A DNA stretch of 53,777 nucleotides, taken from a virus (lineage: Duplodnaviria > Caudoviricetes). Below, in pieces: positions 34,347 to 43,013 of this stretch; position 1 is the stretch's first letter, and each line of letters starts with the position of its first letter. The stretch lies in IMG/VR virus record IMGVR_UViG_3300012944_000029, positions 1 to 53,777 of that record; one strand, written 5' to 3'. The position numbers were made by a program, and so were the translations under genes. The notes under the pieces were generated by a model. The model saw only the letters and a program-made list of their open reading frames with translations. It was not told the origin of the DNA and did not search any database.

Positions 34347-34408
34347 AAAATAAAAAGGCCGCAGAGCTTTCGCCCCACGGCCAGTTGATTTGATTACCAC
34401 CGACGTTG
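34346..34408 (-). ncRNA. Candidate ~60-nt sRNA with intrinsic terminator
   Basis: TTGCAC-N17-CAACGT promoter (34442-34414); terminator GGCCGTGGGGC-GAAA-GCTCTGCGGCC-TTTTT; 5' part complementary to the leader of 34468. Confidence 0.5.
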
Positions 34409-34467
34409 TTTGGACGTTGACATAGCTTTTCTTCGGGTGCAAGCTTCATTTGATTTGAAGACCACCC

Positions 34468-34746
34468 ATGAGTAATTCTCTCCCACCTTCCGGTCCAGCT
34501 TACGGCCATGTCACTATGGACCTGGACGCCCATTACAAAGGCCAGCGCTGGCCAGAGAACCGAGTCCGCGGCCCACTCACTGACCGTAAGATCGAGCAAT
34601 ACCGCAAGCTCGGTTATTATTCCGAGTCGTTCCGGGAGGCCCGCCACGACCTCATGGAGATGAAGAAAGCCCGCCGAACTGCGCGCGAGGAGCGTGATGG
34701 AAACTTCCTCAAGGTTGACGGGCGCCTCGTTTACTCCCCATTATGA
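34468..34746 (+). CDS. Hypothetical basic protein
   Basis: Own promoter TTGACA-N17-CAAGCT (34417-34445). Confidence 0.65.
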   Translation: MSNSLPPSGPAYGHVTMDLDAHYKGQRWPENRVRGPLTDRKIEQYRKLGYYSESFREARHDLMEMKKARRTAREERDGNFLKVDGRLVYSPL

Positions 34747-35078
34747 GTGTTGAAAAATCACTCGTTATGACCGTCGTTTCCAAGTCCTTCCCCAAAGGCG
34801 TATCTGCCCTCTGGCGCAAGATCAATGGAGGATGGCGCTGCACACGAGCCCAACGCCCACTCTTGTGGATGGTCGGGAATACCAAAGAAAGATGCGCCGA
34901 CCGATTTATTTCAGAAGGCATCGCCCCACATTGGACCGAAGCCACCGATCAGGAGATTCAAAGATTTTTCCCGTCCTTAATCGGTCCCAAAAACAAACCA
35001 CCCAAAAAGAACAAAGCCGTCCGCGGTGCCGATTTTGACATCTATTCCCGTCACTCCGGAAAGGGTGCTTTTAAATGA
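34743..35078 (+). CDS. Hypothetical protein
   Basis: Coupled ORF. Confidence 0.6.
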   Translation: MSVEKSLVMTVVSKSFPKGVSALWRKINGGWRCTRAQRPLLWMVGNTKERCADRFISEGIAPHWTEATDQEIQRFFPSLIGPKNKPPKKNKAVRGADFDIYSRHSGKGAFK

Positions 35079-35609
35079 TTTCCAGGCAGTACATGCGAAT
35101 TCCCGCCCATCTACCAAGATGTGGCACGGCACCTAAAACGTCCGTGGAGAAAACATATACAGCCGCCGGCCAATGCGCGCCTCAACAACGCGGGGGCCAC
35201 CAAAATGAATACCCCAGCCTGGCGCCATACCCATTGGCCCCGTCAGGCAAGTAGTTCTGGTGCGACCAATTACGGTCCGTTTGTAGGACCACGGCGGGAT
35301 CAATCGCCTCTGACGCTGGAAAAGTAAAGCCTCCGTCACGGCGGCGTGTCGGGTTCTCTGGCCTCCTCTGTCCGATCATTGGCTCCGTCCCTCAGCATCC
35401 CACGCACTCCCTTGCTGACTTCGGACTCCCTTACCCTCCCATAAAACCGGTAATTTATTTTTTCACAACGCATCATTATCCAGAAACCTCTTAGACCATG
35501 TTCCGGAATTAAGATTTATTTTTTCATACGGTGTATAGCGATACCCCCACCCCCGAAAAGGGTCATAGCCCTGGTGGCCGTGGAAAAGTCCAGGTCAGGA
35601 AGGGAATGC

Positions 35610-36197
35610 TTATTCTTGGGACGCTGCGTCCTGTGGGGGTGAATTCTGTGCGTAATCTGTGCGCTGCGTGTCAAACCCTTGAAAACATTGAGGTTTTACA
35701 GGGTCAGTGGTAGGTATGATACCTACTTGGTCGATGACCTTGGCTCCTCCAGGGTTACCCCGGAGGGTGTGCAGGGCCATCGGGCCGCCGGCGCGACCGT
35801 GATCCTGAGCGTCCAGCCCGAGGGTAGTCCTCATCACGGAGACGACATTCTTCCAGGACGCAATCAACTGGGCTTGCGCTGCTGGATTACGGTTCTCTTT
35901 CATGGACCGTTGATGCTGAATGTCTTCCATCCATGCTTCAGATTCACGCATGCAGCGATCGAGGAACCTCAGGACATGGACTGAGCTGACCGTAGCTACA
36001 GCCTGGGCGTTCTGGGACGCCTTGGCGACGGAGTCAATTGATTGCTGATTGACAATGAGCGACCATTTCTCATTGTGGGCGCGACGGGCGACAGTAGCGT
36101 GCTTGACATTGAAGCGTTTGGCGAGGGAACGCATTGAGCCCTCGCGATTTAGGTAAGCGAGTTTGAGAGCGGAGAGATCAACTCTGATGCCTGGCAT
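35610..36197 (-). CDS. Terminase small subunit (putative)
   Basis: N-terminal HTH SMRSLAKRFNVKHATVARRAHNEKW, helical core, R-TLGLD; leaderless promoter TTGACC-N17-CATATT. Confidence 0.65.
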   Translation of the reverse strand: MPGIRVDLSALKLAYLNREGSMRSLAKRFNVKHATVARRAHNEKWSLIVNQQSIDSVAKASQNAQAVATVSSVHVLRFLDRCMRESEAWMEDIQHQRSMKENRNPAAQAQLIASWKNVVSVMRTTLGLDAQDHGRAGGPMALHTLRGNPGGAKVIDQVGIIPTTDPVKPQCFQGFDTQRTDYAQNSPPQDAASQE

Positions 36198-36379
36198 ACC
36201 AGAATATGGACACTGCCTAGAAATTGGTCAAGACAGGGGTAATGTCGGGAAGGTCAATGGGTTGTGGAGTGTCCTGGCAATTATGTGTGTCCCGAGGCGA
36301 GACAATAGCCAAGTCGTGACGCGAGGGAATACGCATATATAGACTCATGGCGTGATGCGTGCTATGGTGGAGATTGGGC

Positions 36380-36673
36380 ATGAATCAAAAAGACATCAGC
36401 AATCTTAAGAGACAGATAACGCGGCGGTCGCTGCGCGGTGTGGAAAAGGAAATGCACTACCTTCAGGCCTGCCGATGCCATTTCGATTGCGAGACGGTCG
36501 AAGGTATCGGACGGAACGGGACGCGGTATTATTTGTTAGCCTCGGGTTCTAGGGTCGGGGAATTTACCCATGAATTCTCTGGCCAGCAACCGTCGTTCGT
36601 GTTGCGACGCGCTTGGGTGATGGCGGGAGTTTCGAGACCATGGGAAGAAGATCAAGAAAACCTAACCTTATGA
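36380..36673 (+). CDS. Hypothetical protein
   Basis: GGAG SD; first gene of the second rightward block. Confidence 0.55.
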   Translation: MNQKDISNLKRQITRRSLRGVEKEMHYLQACRCHFDCETVEGIGRNGTRYYLLASGSRVGEFTHEFSGQQPSFVLRRAWVMAGVSRPWEEDQENLTL

Positions 36674-36876
36674 CAACACTATCACACGATCCATTCTCCC
36701 GGACTGAGCTTGTCCGGGAAACTGTAAAGGCAGATTGTGGGTGCACTTGGTGTGGGACACTTAAGCGACGATCCACGCTATTTCTTTACGGGACCAACCG
36801 GGACGATAACGGGCGCACGAATTGGCACAAGGGGCTGTTCTGCTCTAAGGGCTGCCACGACTCTTACCACGGATAA
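36670..36876 (+). CDS. Zn-finger hypothetical protein
   Basis: CTWCG...FCSKGC. Confidence 0.7.
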   Translation: MTTLSHDPFSRTELVRETVKADCGCTWCGTLKRRSTLFLYGTNRDDNGRTNWHKGLFCSKGCHDSYHG

Positions 36877-36880
36877 ACCT

Positions 36881-37192
36881 ATGCCAACCTGGAAAATCGA
36901 AGGCGTTGAAGCCATCCGCATCGCGGAGAGGGACGGGGTGACGCTGCACAAGTACGCAGATCCTACGGAGGGATATCGGGCTGGCGTACCTGTCTCTGAG
37001 GCTCGGGACATTGCCCGGCAGGACGCTGGCCTGATCTACTGCATTGTTAATCCGTCCGGATGGACGGGTGACGCTACCGGGTACAACGTGGCCGACTATT
37101 TCCCCGGCTCGCTCAATGGCGAGGCTCGGAGCGGGGCGAGATATCTCGGGCCGGATGAGGACGGGATTGAGCCAACATGGAGGGACGCGTAA
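36881..37192 (+). CDS. Hypothetical protein
   Basis: KYADPTE...YLGPDEDGIEP; ORF in the operon. Confidence 0.7.
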   Translation: MPTWKIEGVEAIRIAERDGVTLHKYADPTEGYRAGVPVSEARDIARQDAGLIYCIVNPSGWTGDATGYNVADYFPGSLNGEARSGARYLGPDEDGIEPTWRDA

Positions 37193-37509
37193 TGACAACG
37201 ACTGAAAAACTGACCTTATTTGCGGCGCTGGTGGAATCCCAGCAGAGCGAGCGATTGAAAGTTGACGGCCTAGGATGCCAATGTAACCAGGATAATGCAA
37301 AGACGACTGTGCGGCCTGCCGCGAAATACGCCAAGGTTGACATTGGATCGTCCGGAAGGTTCATGGTGGTAAACGAGACGGGCGAGATCTTCGGGATCAA
37401 AGGCTATGGGGTGATCCACCGCGGGCATCCTTACGGGACGCTGGACACCACGTCAGAATGGTATTGGGGGGATTATCAGCCCCGCAAACTGGAAGGAGCA
37501 TTAGCATGA
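37192..37509 (+). CDS. Conserved phage hypothetical
   Basis: KYAKVD...SGRFMV...TGEIFGIKGYG. Confidence 0.7.
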   Translation: MTTTEKLTLFAALVESQQSERLKVDGLGCQCNQDNAKTTVRPAAKYAKVDIGSSGRFMVVNETGEIFGIKGYGVIHRGHPYGTLDTTSEWYWGDYQPRKLEGALA

Positions 37510-37608
37510 ACCTCTACCCATATCCCGAGTTTGGAGGGCAAACCACATGGACATGCACGGAACAGGAACCGAAAAACGCCGAGCCAATCGGCCAAAGCTA
37601 TTAACGCC

Positions 37609-37839
37609 ATGAAAAACCCTAACTGTGACAATGACAAGTGCCGCGTGCCTCATAGCGAGGTGCGCGTGTTGCCCACGGGTGGGCGAGGGGATAATCAGAG
37701 CAACCTGATTCTCTGCCAAGCGTGCTTTGAGCATGAGATCAGGTTTCGCGTGCAGCGCAACCGAGAGCTGGCCAAGGATTGCAGGTTTGACTTGCCATCG
37801 TGGGAGAGCCTTGAGATTTACGGCGAGGTTAAGGCGTGA
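37609..37839 (+). CDS. Cys-containing hypothetical protein
   Basis: NPNCD...EVRVLP...NLILC..C. Confidence 0.65.
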   Translation: MKNPNCDNDKCRVPHSEVRVLPTGGRGDNQSNLILCQACFEHEIRFRVQRNRELAKDCRFDLPSWESLEIYGEVKA

Positions 37840-38225
37840 ATCCCCTCTCTAAATTTCGTTGGTACCGTCGCATGAGAGGCGGATATTGGGGGCAAGTAAC
37901 AGGTGGCTTTGCTTTTAATGTCTTGGGCAATCTTAATGGCAGGAAATGGGTCAGAGTGTCAAATTGGAGCACTGCTCCCCTACCTAATGGACAATGGGAG
38001 TTTTATCCTTGGGCCAAAAAAGAGCGAGGCAACGGTTTCTGTGACGAATGGTACGAAATGGAACCCTTTTATATGGTGCCATTATCTTCAGTTTACATGG
38101 AGATTTTCGGAACTTCTGATCCTGAAAATCTCAAGGAAGTTTCAAACGGGTGGTTCTCCGAAATAATGTCAGATCCTAAAACCCCAAAAGAGCGTCAAGA
38201 ATTTTGGGTTAACAGAAATAAATGA
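37836..38225 (+). CDS. Hypothetical protein
   Basis: Coupled ORF; AT-richer than its neighbours. Confidence 0.6.
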   Translation: MNPLSKFRWYRRMRGGYWGQVTGGFAFNVLGNLNGRKWVRVSNWSTAPLPNGQWEFYPWAKKERGNGFCDEWYEMEPFYMVPLSSVYMEIFGTSDPENLKEVSNGWFSEIMSDPKTPKERQEFWVNRNK

Positions 38226-38980
38226 AACTCCCCATAACCAACTGGGCACTGGACTACAGCAGTACCGTCAAGGTGCCAAATCTCCAGAGATTCGACCTTT
38301 TCATCACTGGCGGCCCCGCGGTACCGGTGCCTGCCGTTCCGCAGCCCTTTTTCTATTGTTCATGGGCCGAAATGCTCAAGGGCAACGCCCAGCGCGTCAG
38401 CGCGGATACTGGCGTTGCGATCCTAGGGGAAAATAAGAAATGGGGAACATGCTTCATGGATTGCGGCGAGCCACGCTGGGCTGATTACCTCTTGTCCAGT
38501 GTTATAATCCCTGGGAAAGCTGCGGGGTACAAGGGCGTTTTCCTGGACACTTTTGACGGAATGGAGGATTGCGCCAATGCGTTGGGATATGGAGACCCAT
38601 CCCCGGAGCGGACACGCCTTTACCTTGGTAGCCTGAACTTCGTCCAGCGCCTTTGCGACCTTGGCGACCTGAAGGTCATCACCAACCGTGGTTTTCCGCA
38701 GTGCGTTATGGGTATGGCGAGCTTTCCCTGCTACGCTGGCATGATGATAGAGTCAGCTTGGCAATCGACCGGAGGCCCGACGCCCCAAAGCGAGCGGCAA
38801 TGGATTTGGGAGCAGTTGGCCAGCTTTGACACGTCCGGGATGACAATCTTGACCTTGGACTATTGCCAGGATCAGGACAAGGCTGGCCAAATCTGCCAGC
38901 GCTCGGAAGCGCGAGGATTTACCCCACTGGTCGTCCGCGGCAGTCTCACCCCACCCAAAATCGTAGCTTACCCCAAATGA
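38222..38980 (+). CDS. Endo-alpha-1,4-polygalactosaminidase-like hydrolase (PelA hydrolase / GH114-GH166-like)
   Basis: Y-S-AE, N--W, W---L, GYKGVFLDT-D, NRGF, IES, LDY and GF-P motifs in TIM-barrel order. Confidence 0.75.
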   Translation: MKLPITNWALDYSSTVKVPNLQRFDLFITGGPAVPVPAVPQPFFYCSWAEMLKGNAQRVSADTGVAILGENKKWGTCFMDCGEPRWADYLLSSVIIPGKAAGYKGVFLDTFDGMEDCANALGYGDPSPERTRLYLGSLNFVQRLCDLGDLKVITNRGFPQCVMGMASFPCYAGMMIESAWQSTGGPTPQSERQWIWEQLASFDTSGMTILTLDYCQDQDKAGQICQRSEARGFTPLVVRGSLTPPKIVAYPK

Positions 38981-39174
38981 GAATTTCAAAACCATTTATG
39001 CACGACAAATTCCGTCCTAGAAATCAAGCCGATTGTGATCACGCCAACTTTCTCCGAGAATACGAGGCAGCGCACAAGGTGTGGATGAACACTAGCGTTT
39101 CAATTCCCCAGAAAAACGGGGCGAGAGGCAGACGTCAGCCGAGAATGACGTCAATCAAATTTGGCCAGTCGTAA
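38977..39174 (+). CDS. Hypothetical protein
   Basis: Coupled ATGA start. Confidence 0.4.
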   Translation: MRISKPFMHDKFRPRNQADCDHANFLREYEAAHKVWMNTSVSIPQKNGARGRRQPRMTSIKFGQS

Positions 39175-39281
39175 AATGTTTCGACTGTGGCGACATTCAT
39201 GAGCCAAGCGGCGCTAGAATTGACTGTATAAGGCACTGGAAATTACGAGCCACCCCTTGGCAACTCCGAACTGGCCATCAA

Positions 39282-39458
39282 ATGACAACTGAAATTTGGC
39301 CCGCCATGGCCATCAAATGCGCTTGGTGCGGGGCGCACATGGGAGGCAATCCAAATGCAGTGCGCATCAGCCATGGCATTTGCCCGGCGTGCATCGAGAA
39401 AATCAAAGCGGAGTCAAAACCAACCAAAACAGACAGAGGGTTCACCGAGGTCCATTAG
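39282..39458 (+). CDS. Small Zn-finger protein (CAWC...SHGICPxC)
   Basis: 58 aa, below the ORF-track cutoff; recognisable motif. Confidence 0.65.
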   Translation: MTTEIWPAMAIKCAWCGAHMGGNPNAVRISHGICPACIEKIKAESKPTKTDRGFTEVH

Positions 39459-39576
39459 CCAGAGTTGATGACTTCAAACCACCTTAACCGGAAAAGGCCT
39501 AATCATCCCCATGGGGTTAATGGACCGTGGTGAGCCCTCTAGACAGTTCAAAAACCAACCAAACCTAAAAGGAACC

Positions 39577-40443
39577 ATGAACGAACCCGCAGAAGAACAA
39601 AACAAGCTGGCCCACATCTCGGACCCTCCGGGCCTCCTGGAGCGCGCCATAGCCTCGGGCGCAAATATCGAAGTGATTGAGCGCCTGATGGGCCTTCAGG
39701 AGCGATGGCAAGCCAATCGGGCCAAGCAGGCTTTCGATGGCGCAATGGCGGCTCTGCGGACTGAATTGCCGCCGATCGTCAAAAATAATACCGTCGATTT
39801 CACGACTGCCCGGGGGCGCACCCATTACAAATACGAGGACTTGCAAGACGTGACCGAGGCTCTAACTCCGGTTATGGCGAAATACGGATTGTCGTTCCGA
39901 TGGCGCACGCAGCCGGGAGAGCTGGTTACGGTGACATGCATTGTCAGCCATCGCGAAGGCCACAGCGAGGAGTGTGCGTTGTCCGCCCCTCGTGACGAGA
40001 GCGGCAATAAGAACGCGATTCAAGCCCTGGGAAGCGCGATCACCTATTTACAGCGGTACACGCTGAAAGCTGCCCTGGGCGTGGCGGCTACGCGTGACGA
40101 CGATGGACAATCATCCGGCGCACGGCCAGAGCCAGCGCGGGAGGGAGCACCGTCCGCTCCTAGCAACTGGCGAGATTACCCGGTTCCATTCGGCAAGAAC
40201 AAAGGTGCCAAGCTCGGAGCGCTGGAGAGCAAGTCCTTGTCGTGGTACATCGAGAAATACGAGCCCAAGCCCTACAACGGCAAGATCAGCGACAGCGACC
40301 AAGCTTTCCGCGCGGCGCTGGATGCCGCTAAGGCTGACCTAGCCAAGCCACCCGAGCGCGGGCCGGAGATGAGCCAGGCTGAGAAGGATGCCATTATGGA
40401 TCGGGAGATCCGTGACGCAGAACCTGCAGACACCCAGGATTAA
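39577..40443 (+). CDS. erf: ERF-family single-strand annealing protein
   Basis: Y-YEDL, H-EGHSE, GSAITYLQRY-L and DDDG motifs. Confidence 0.92.
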   Translation: MNEPAEEQNKLAHISDPPGLLERAIASGANIEVIERLMGLQERWQANRAKQAFDGAMAALRTELPPIVKNNTVDFTTARGRTHYKYEDLQDVTEALTPVMAKYGLSFRWRTQPGELVTVTCIVSHREGHSEECALSAPRDESGNKNAIQALGSAITYLQRYTLKAALGVAATRDDDGQSSGARPEPAREGAPSAPSNWRDYPVPFGKNKGAKLGALESKSLSWYIEKYEPKPYNGKISDSDQAFRAALDAAKADLAKPPERGPEMSQAEKDAIMDREIRDAEPADTQD

Positions 40444-40448
40444 AGCCT

Positions 40449-40718
40449 ATGACACCCGAACAACTTGACGCCTTTCACATGGCCTTTCTCACGGCGCGAA
40501 GCTTCCTATGGTGCGACGATGGAAGCCTGAATTCAGGCCACCCCAATGCGAAGGCCCTCACCCAACTTTCGATGCTTCTTGTTTATGCCGAATCCACCGC
40601 CGAAGCACTCCTAACCCAAAAACCCAATGACCAACCAAAACCTGATAGCAATAACCCCACCATTCATGAAGGTCAAATTCGCCAAGACCAAGGCGCACCA
40701 GCGTTACCGTACGATTGA
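40449..40718 (+). CDS. Hypothetical protein
   Basis: ORF between erf and the exonuclease. Confidence 0.5.
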   Translation: MTPEQLDAFHMAFLTARSFLWCDDGSLNSGHPNAKALTQLSMLLVYAESTAEALLTQKPNDQPKPDSNNPTIHEGQIRQDQGAPALPYD

Positions 40719-41319
40719 CGGGAAAGTCGTCCCGGGAGTCACCACGATCCTGGGTGTCATCAACAAGCCCGCCCTGCTCAAGTGGGCATGGCAATGCGGC
40801 ATGGACGGAGTCGACCTGGATGCGGCGCGCAGCCAAGCCGCGGACATTGGCACGCTCGCCCATTTCATGATCGAATGCCACCACAACGGTCAAGAGGCTG
40901 ATCTGTCAGAGTTCAGCCCTGAACAGCAGGACAAAGCGACAAACAGTTTCCTAAAATTCCTCGAGTACTGGGATAAGTCTGGCTTTAAGCTGGTCCACTC
41001 AGAACCCCAGCTTGTCAGCGAGGAATACCGTTATGGCGGAACCATTGACACCATCTTCGAGGATCGCGACGGGCGTCTTGGCATCATGGACACCAAATCC
41101 AGCAAAGCCATTTACTCCGACATGTGGCACCAAGTGGCCGCGTATAAGCGTCTGGCCGAGGAAAATCTCTCTCGTGAGGTTAATCGAACCATCATTGTCA
41201 GGATCGGAAAAGAGGAGTCCGGAGACTTCGAGGTTGCCGAGCGTCAACTGACGGTAAGACACTGGAGCGTGTTCAAGAGCGCCCTGAACCTTTACAACGC
41301 CACTAAGGAGTCAGATTGA
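40627..41319 (+). CDS. PD-(D/E)XK exonuclease (recombination partner of ERF)
   Basis: PGVTTIL, GT-AH, E, GTID, D-KSS and Q-AAY motifs. Confidence 0.9.
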   Translation: MTNQNLIAITPPFMKVKFAKTKAHQRYRTIDGKVVPGVTTILGVINKPALLKWAWQCGMDGVDLDAARSQAADIGTLAHFMIECHHNGQEADLSEFSPEQQDKATNSFLKFLEYWDKSGFKLVHSEPQLVSEEYRYGGTIDTIFEDRDGRLGIMDTKSSKAIYSDMWHQVAAYKRLAEENLSREVNRTIIVRIGKEESGDFEVAERQLTVRHWSVFKSALNLYNATKESD

Positions 41320-41522
41320 ACGCAGGAACCGAGAACGAATTGAGGGATGTGTTTGCACTTCAGGCCATGCTGAGCTTCTCTTTGACCGATGAAGACGTTC
41401 ATCGCCTCGTGAGAGGGCAAAGTCCACAGCATGATATTGCGTCGAAGTTTTGCTATGACTGGGCCGAAGCCATGCTTGCCGAGCGCCGCAAGAGACTCGG
41501 GAAATCTCAGGAGGCAGATTGA
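41316..41522 (+). CDS. Conserved small phage protein
   Basis: LRD-FA-QAM...Y..AEAMLAER motif. Confidence 0.75.
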   Translation: MNAGTENELRDVFALQAMLSFSLTDEDVHRLVRGQSPQHDIASKFCYDWAEAMLAERRKRLGKSQEAD

Positions 41523-41695
41523 AAGTCTCCGAACTGATCGAGGCGTTGCAGCAGCAGGACCAGAACGTGGAAGTGTGGGTGGAGATAGAGGATAGCTATC
41601 CCGGAAACTCGATGATTATGGAAATAACATCGGTCATCGGTCAGGACCGGCGCAGCCATATTCCGATACTCCTCCTGCGCGCGGAGGTGGATTGA
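41519..41695 (+). CDS. Small phage protein (MKVSELIEAL type)
   Basis: TTG start coupled to the upstream TGA; 58 aa, below the track cutoff. Confidence 0.65.
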   Translation: MKVSELIEALQQQDQNVEVWVEIEDSYPGNSMIMEITSVIGQDRRSHIPILLLRAEVD

Positions 41696-42381
41696 AGCAA
41701 GGACTCAATGATTTGGTTAGGATGTTGGAAAAAGATCCAGCGTGGCACGGGGTAACCGTTGGATTGAGAATCTCTGCCCCAGAAACACGAATTAAAAGAT
41801 TAAGCATGAGCAACGAAGCAAAACTTGGAACAATCCCAACGGGCACCGAAGGTCGAGATGCTGTGCATGTGGCGATAGTTCCGGCCCGGTCAGCCAATGG
41901 TCTAGTTGGCGGATCACCTGTGAAATTTAACCCCCAAAACGAAGCCGAAGCTTGCCGAGTCGAGGATGCAATCGGGGTGGTTGATCCGTTCAGGCCCCAA
42001 GCCCAGCGAGCCGTTCCAAAAGGCTCATGGTTTTGGATGTGTCTGTATCCCAAAACCATAACAGGGTTGCGGCATGTTTGGGATCATCCGTCATTTCCGG
42101 CAGTCTCATCTTCAGAATCATCGGCCCCCAATGGCGATAAGTCTGCCTCTGAATCATGGCTGAAAGACTATGTGGGAAAGCATTGCCCCTATTATGAGGG
42201 AAAAGGATATGATGAGTTCCTCCGTTATGTTAAGGATGAACGCTGGATTTACTATTACGGCTCAGAGTGTCACAGCCTCTCAGATGTGGAGGATGCCGAT
42301 GAACTTTTCCGCCATCTGAGCGTCGTTTTGGATCGAAGGATTGACGCCTCGTATTTCGAGTCGTTCACTTGCTCCTGCTAA
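41692..42381 (+). CDS. Conserved phage hypothetical (alternative start ATG 41806)
   Basis: RDAVHVA...GVVDPF...FW..LYP-TIT-LRH-W-HP-F. Confidence 0.75.
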   Translation: MKQGLNDLVRMLEKDPAWHGVTVGLRISAPETRIKRLSMSNEAKLGTIPTGTEGRDAVHVAIVPARSANGLVGGSPVKFNPQNEAEACRVEDAIGVVDPFRPQAQRAVPKGSWFWMCLYPKTITGLRHVWDHPSFPAVSSSESSAPNGDKSASESWLKDYVGKHCPYYEGKGYDEFLRYVKDERWIYYYGSECHSLSDVEDADELFRHLSVVLDRRIDASYFESFTCSC

Positions 42382-42383
42382 CC

Positions 42384-42668
42384 ATGCGCGTCCTCCCCAT
42401 TGACCTTCGAAAGAGCGGCTTCGACCTGCACCAAGTGCTCCGTGATGGTGCGGTGGCTCTTTACCGCCAGACCAAGCCCGGAACGTCTATTGAAGCGTTA
42501 GAGGTCATCAAAATTCGTAAACAGGGCCAACGCACCTTTAATGGACGCACTATGGAAGCCCAGGAGCTTTATCCTTCAGCCCTGGACTGGGGCATGCGGG
42601 GGTGGACGTTCCAGACGAAGGCCGAGGCGATGGCCAAGTTCCGGGAGATTCACAAGGAAGATCTTTAA
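42384..42668 (+). CDS. Conserved phage hypothetical
   Basis: ALY-Q...EV...E-YPS...WG..GWT. Confidence 0.7.
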   Translation: MRVLPIDLRKSGFDLHQVLRDGAVALYRQTKPGTSIEALEVIKIRKQGQRTFNGRTMEAQELYPSALDWGMRGWTFQTKAEAMAKFREIHKEDL

Positions 42669-42669
42669 A

Positions 42670-42987
42670 ATGACAGTCACTATTCAGATTCGGGCGTCCG
42701 TGTCGGACTTAAGAAGTGAAGTGGTGGGGTGGCCAGTTGATGAATGGCCAATCATTGGGGAGATTCATGCATTCCGAGCCGTGCTCACCCATGATGAATC
42801 CAGGAAGGTCCTGGAAGGGCCAGTGAATCTTTCTCGCTTAGCCCTTGAGAAATTAACCGATGCGGCTCTCTCCGAAGTCAAAGCCAGAATCATGCGAGAA
42901 TACCCAGCAATGATTTCTGATGCCGAAAACCTTCCGCATCGCGAGCCTTTAAGATTTACGGACGGGTCATCACCTTCCGGCGTTTGA
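42670..42987 (+). CDS. Hypothetical protein
   Basis: Last gene of the rightward block. Confidence 0.55.
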   Translation: MTVTIQIRASVSDLRSEVVGWPVDEWPIIGEIHAFRAVLTHDESRKVLEGPVNLSRLALEKLTDAALSEVKARIMREYPAMISDAENLPHREPLRFTDGSSPSGV

Positions 42988-43013
42988 TCTCGCGCTGAAC
43001 GATCTGACGAGAT

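Noticed and set aside
34380-34400. tmRNA-like resume context (AAATCAACTGGC on the minus strand)
   Set aside because: No tRNA-like ends or tag ORF; it runs directly into a terminator.
35075-35379. Short ORFs on both strands after gene 34743..35078
   Set aside because: No motif or RBS support; cannot choose among them.
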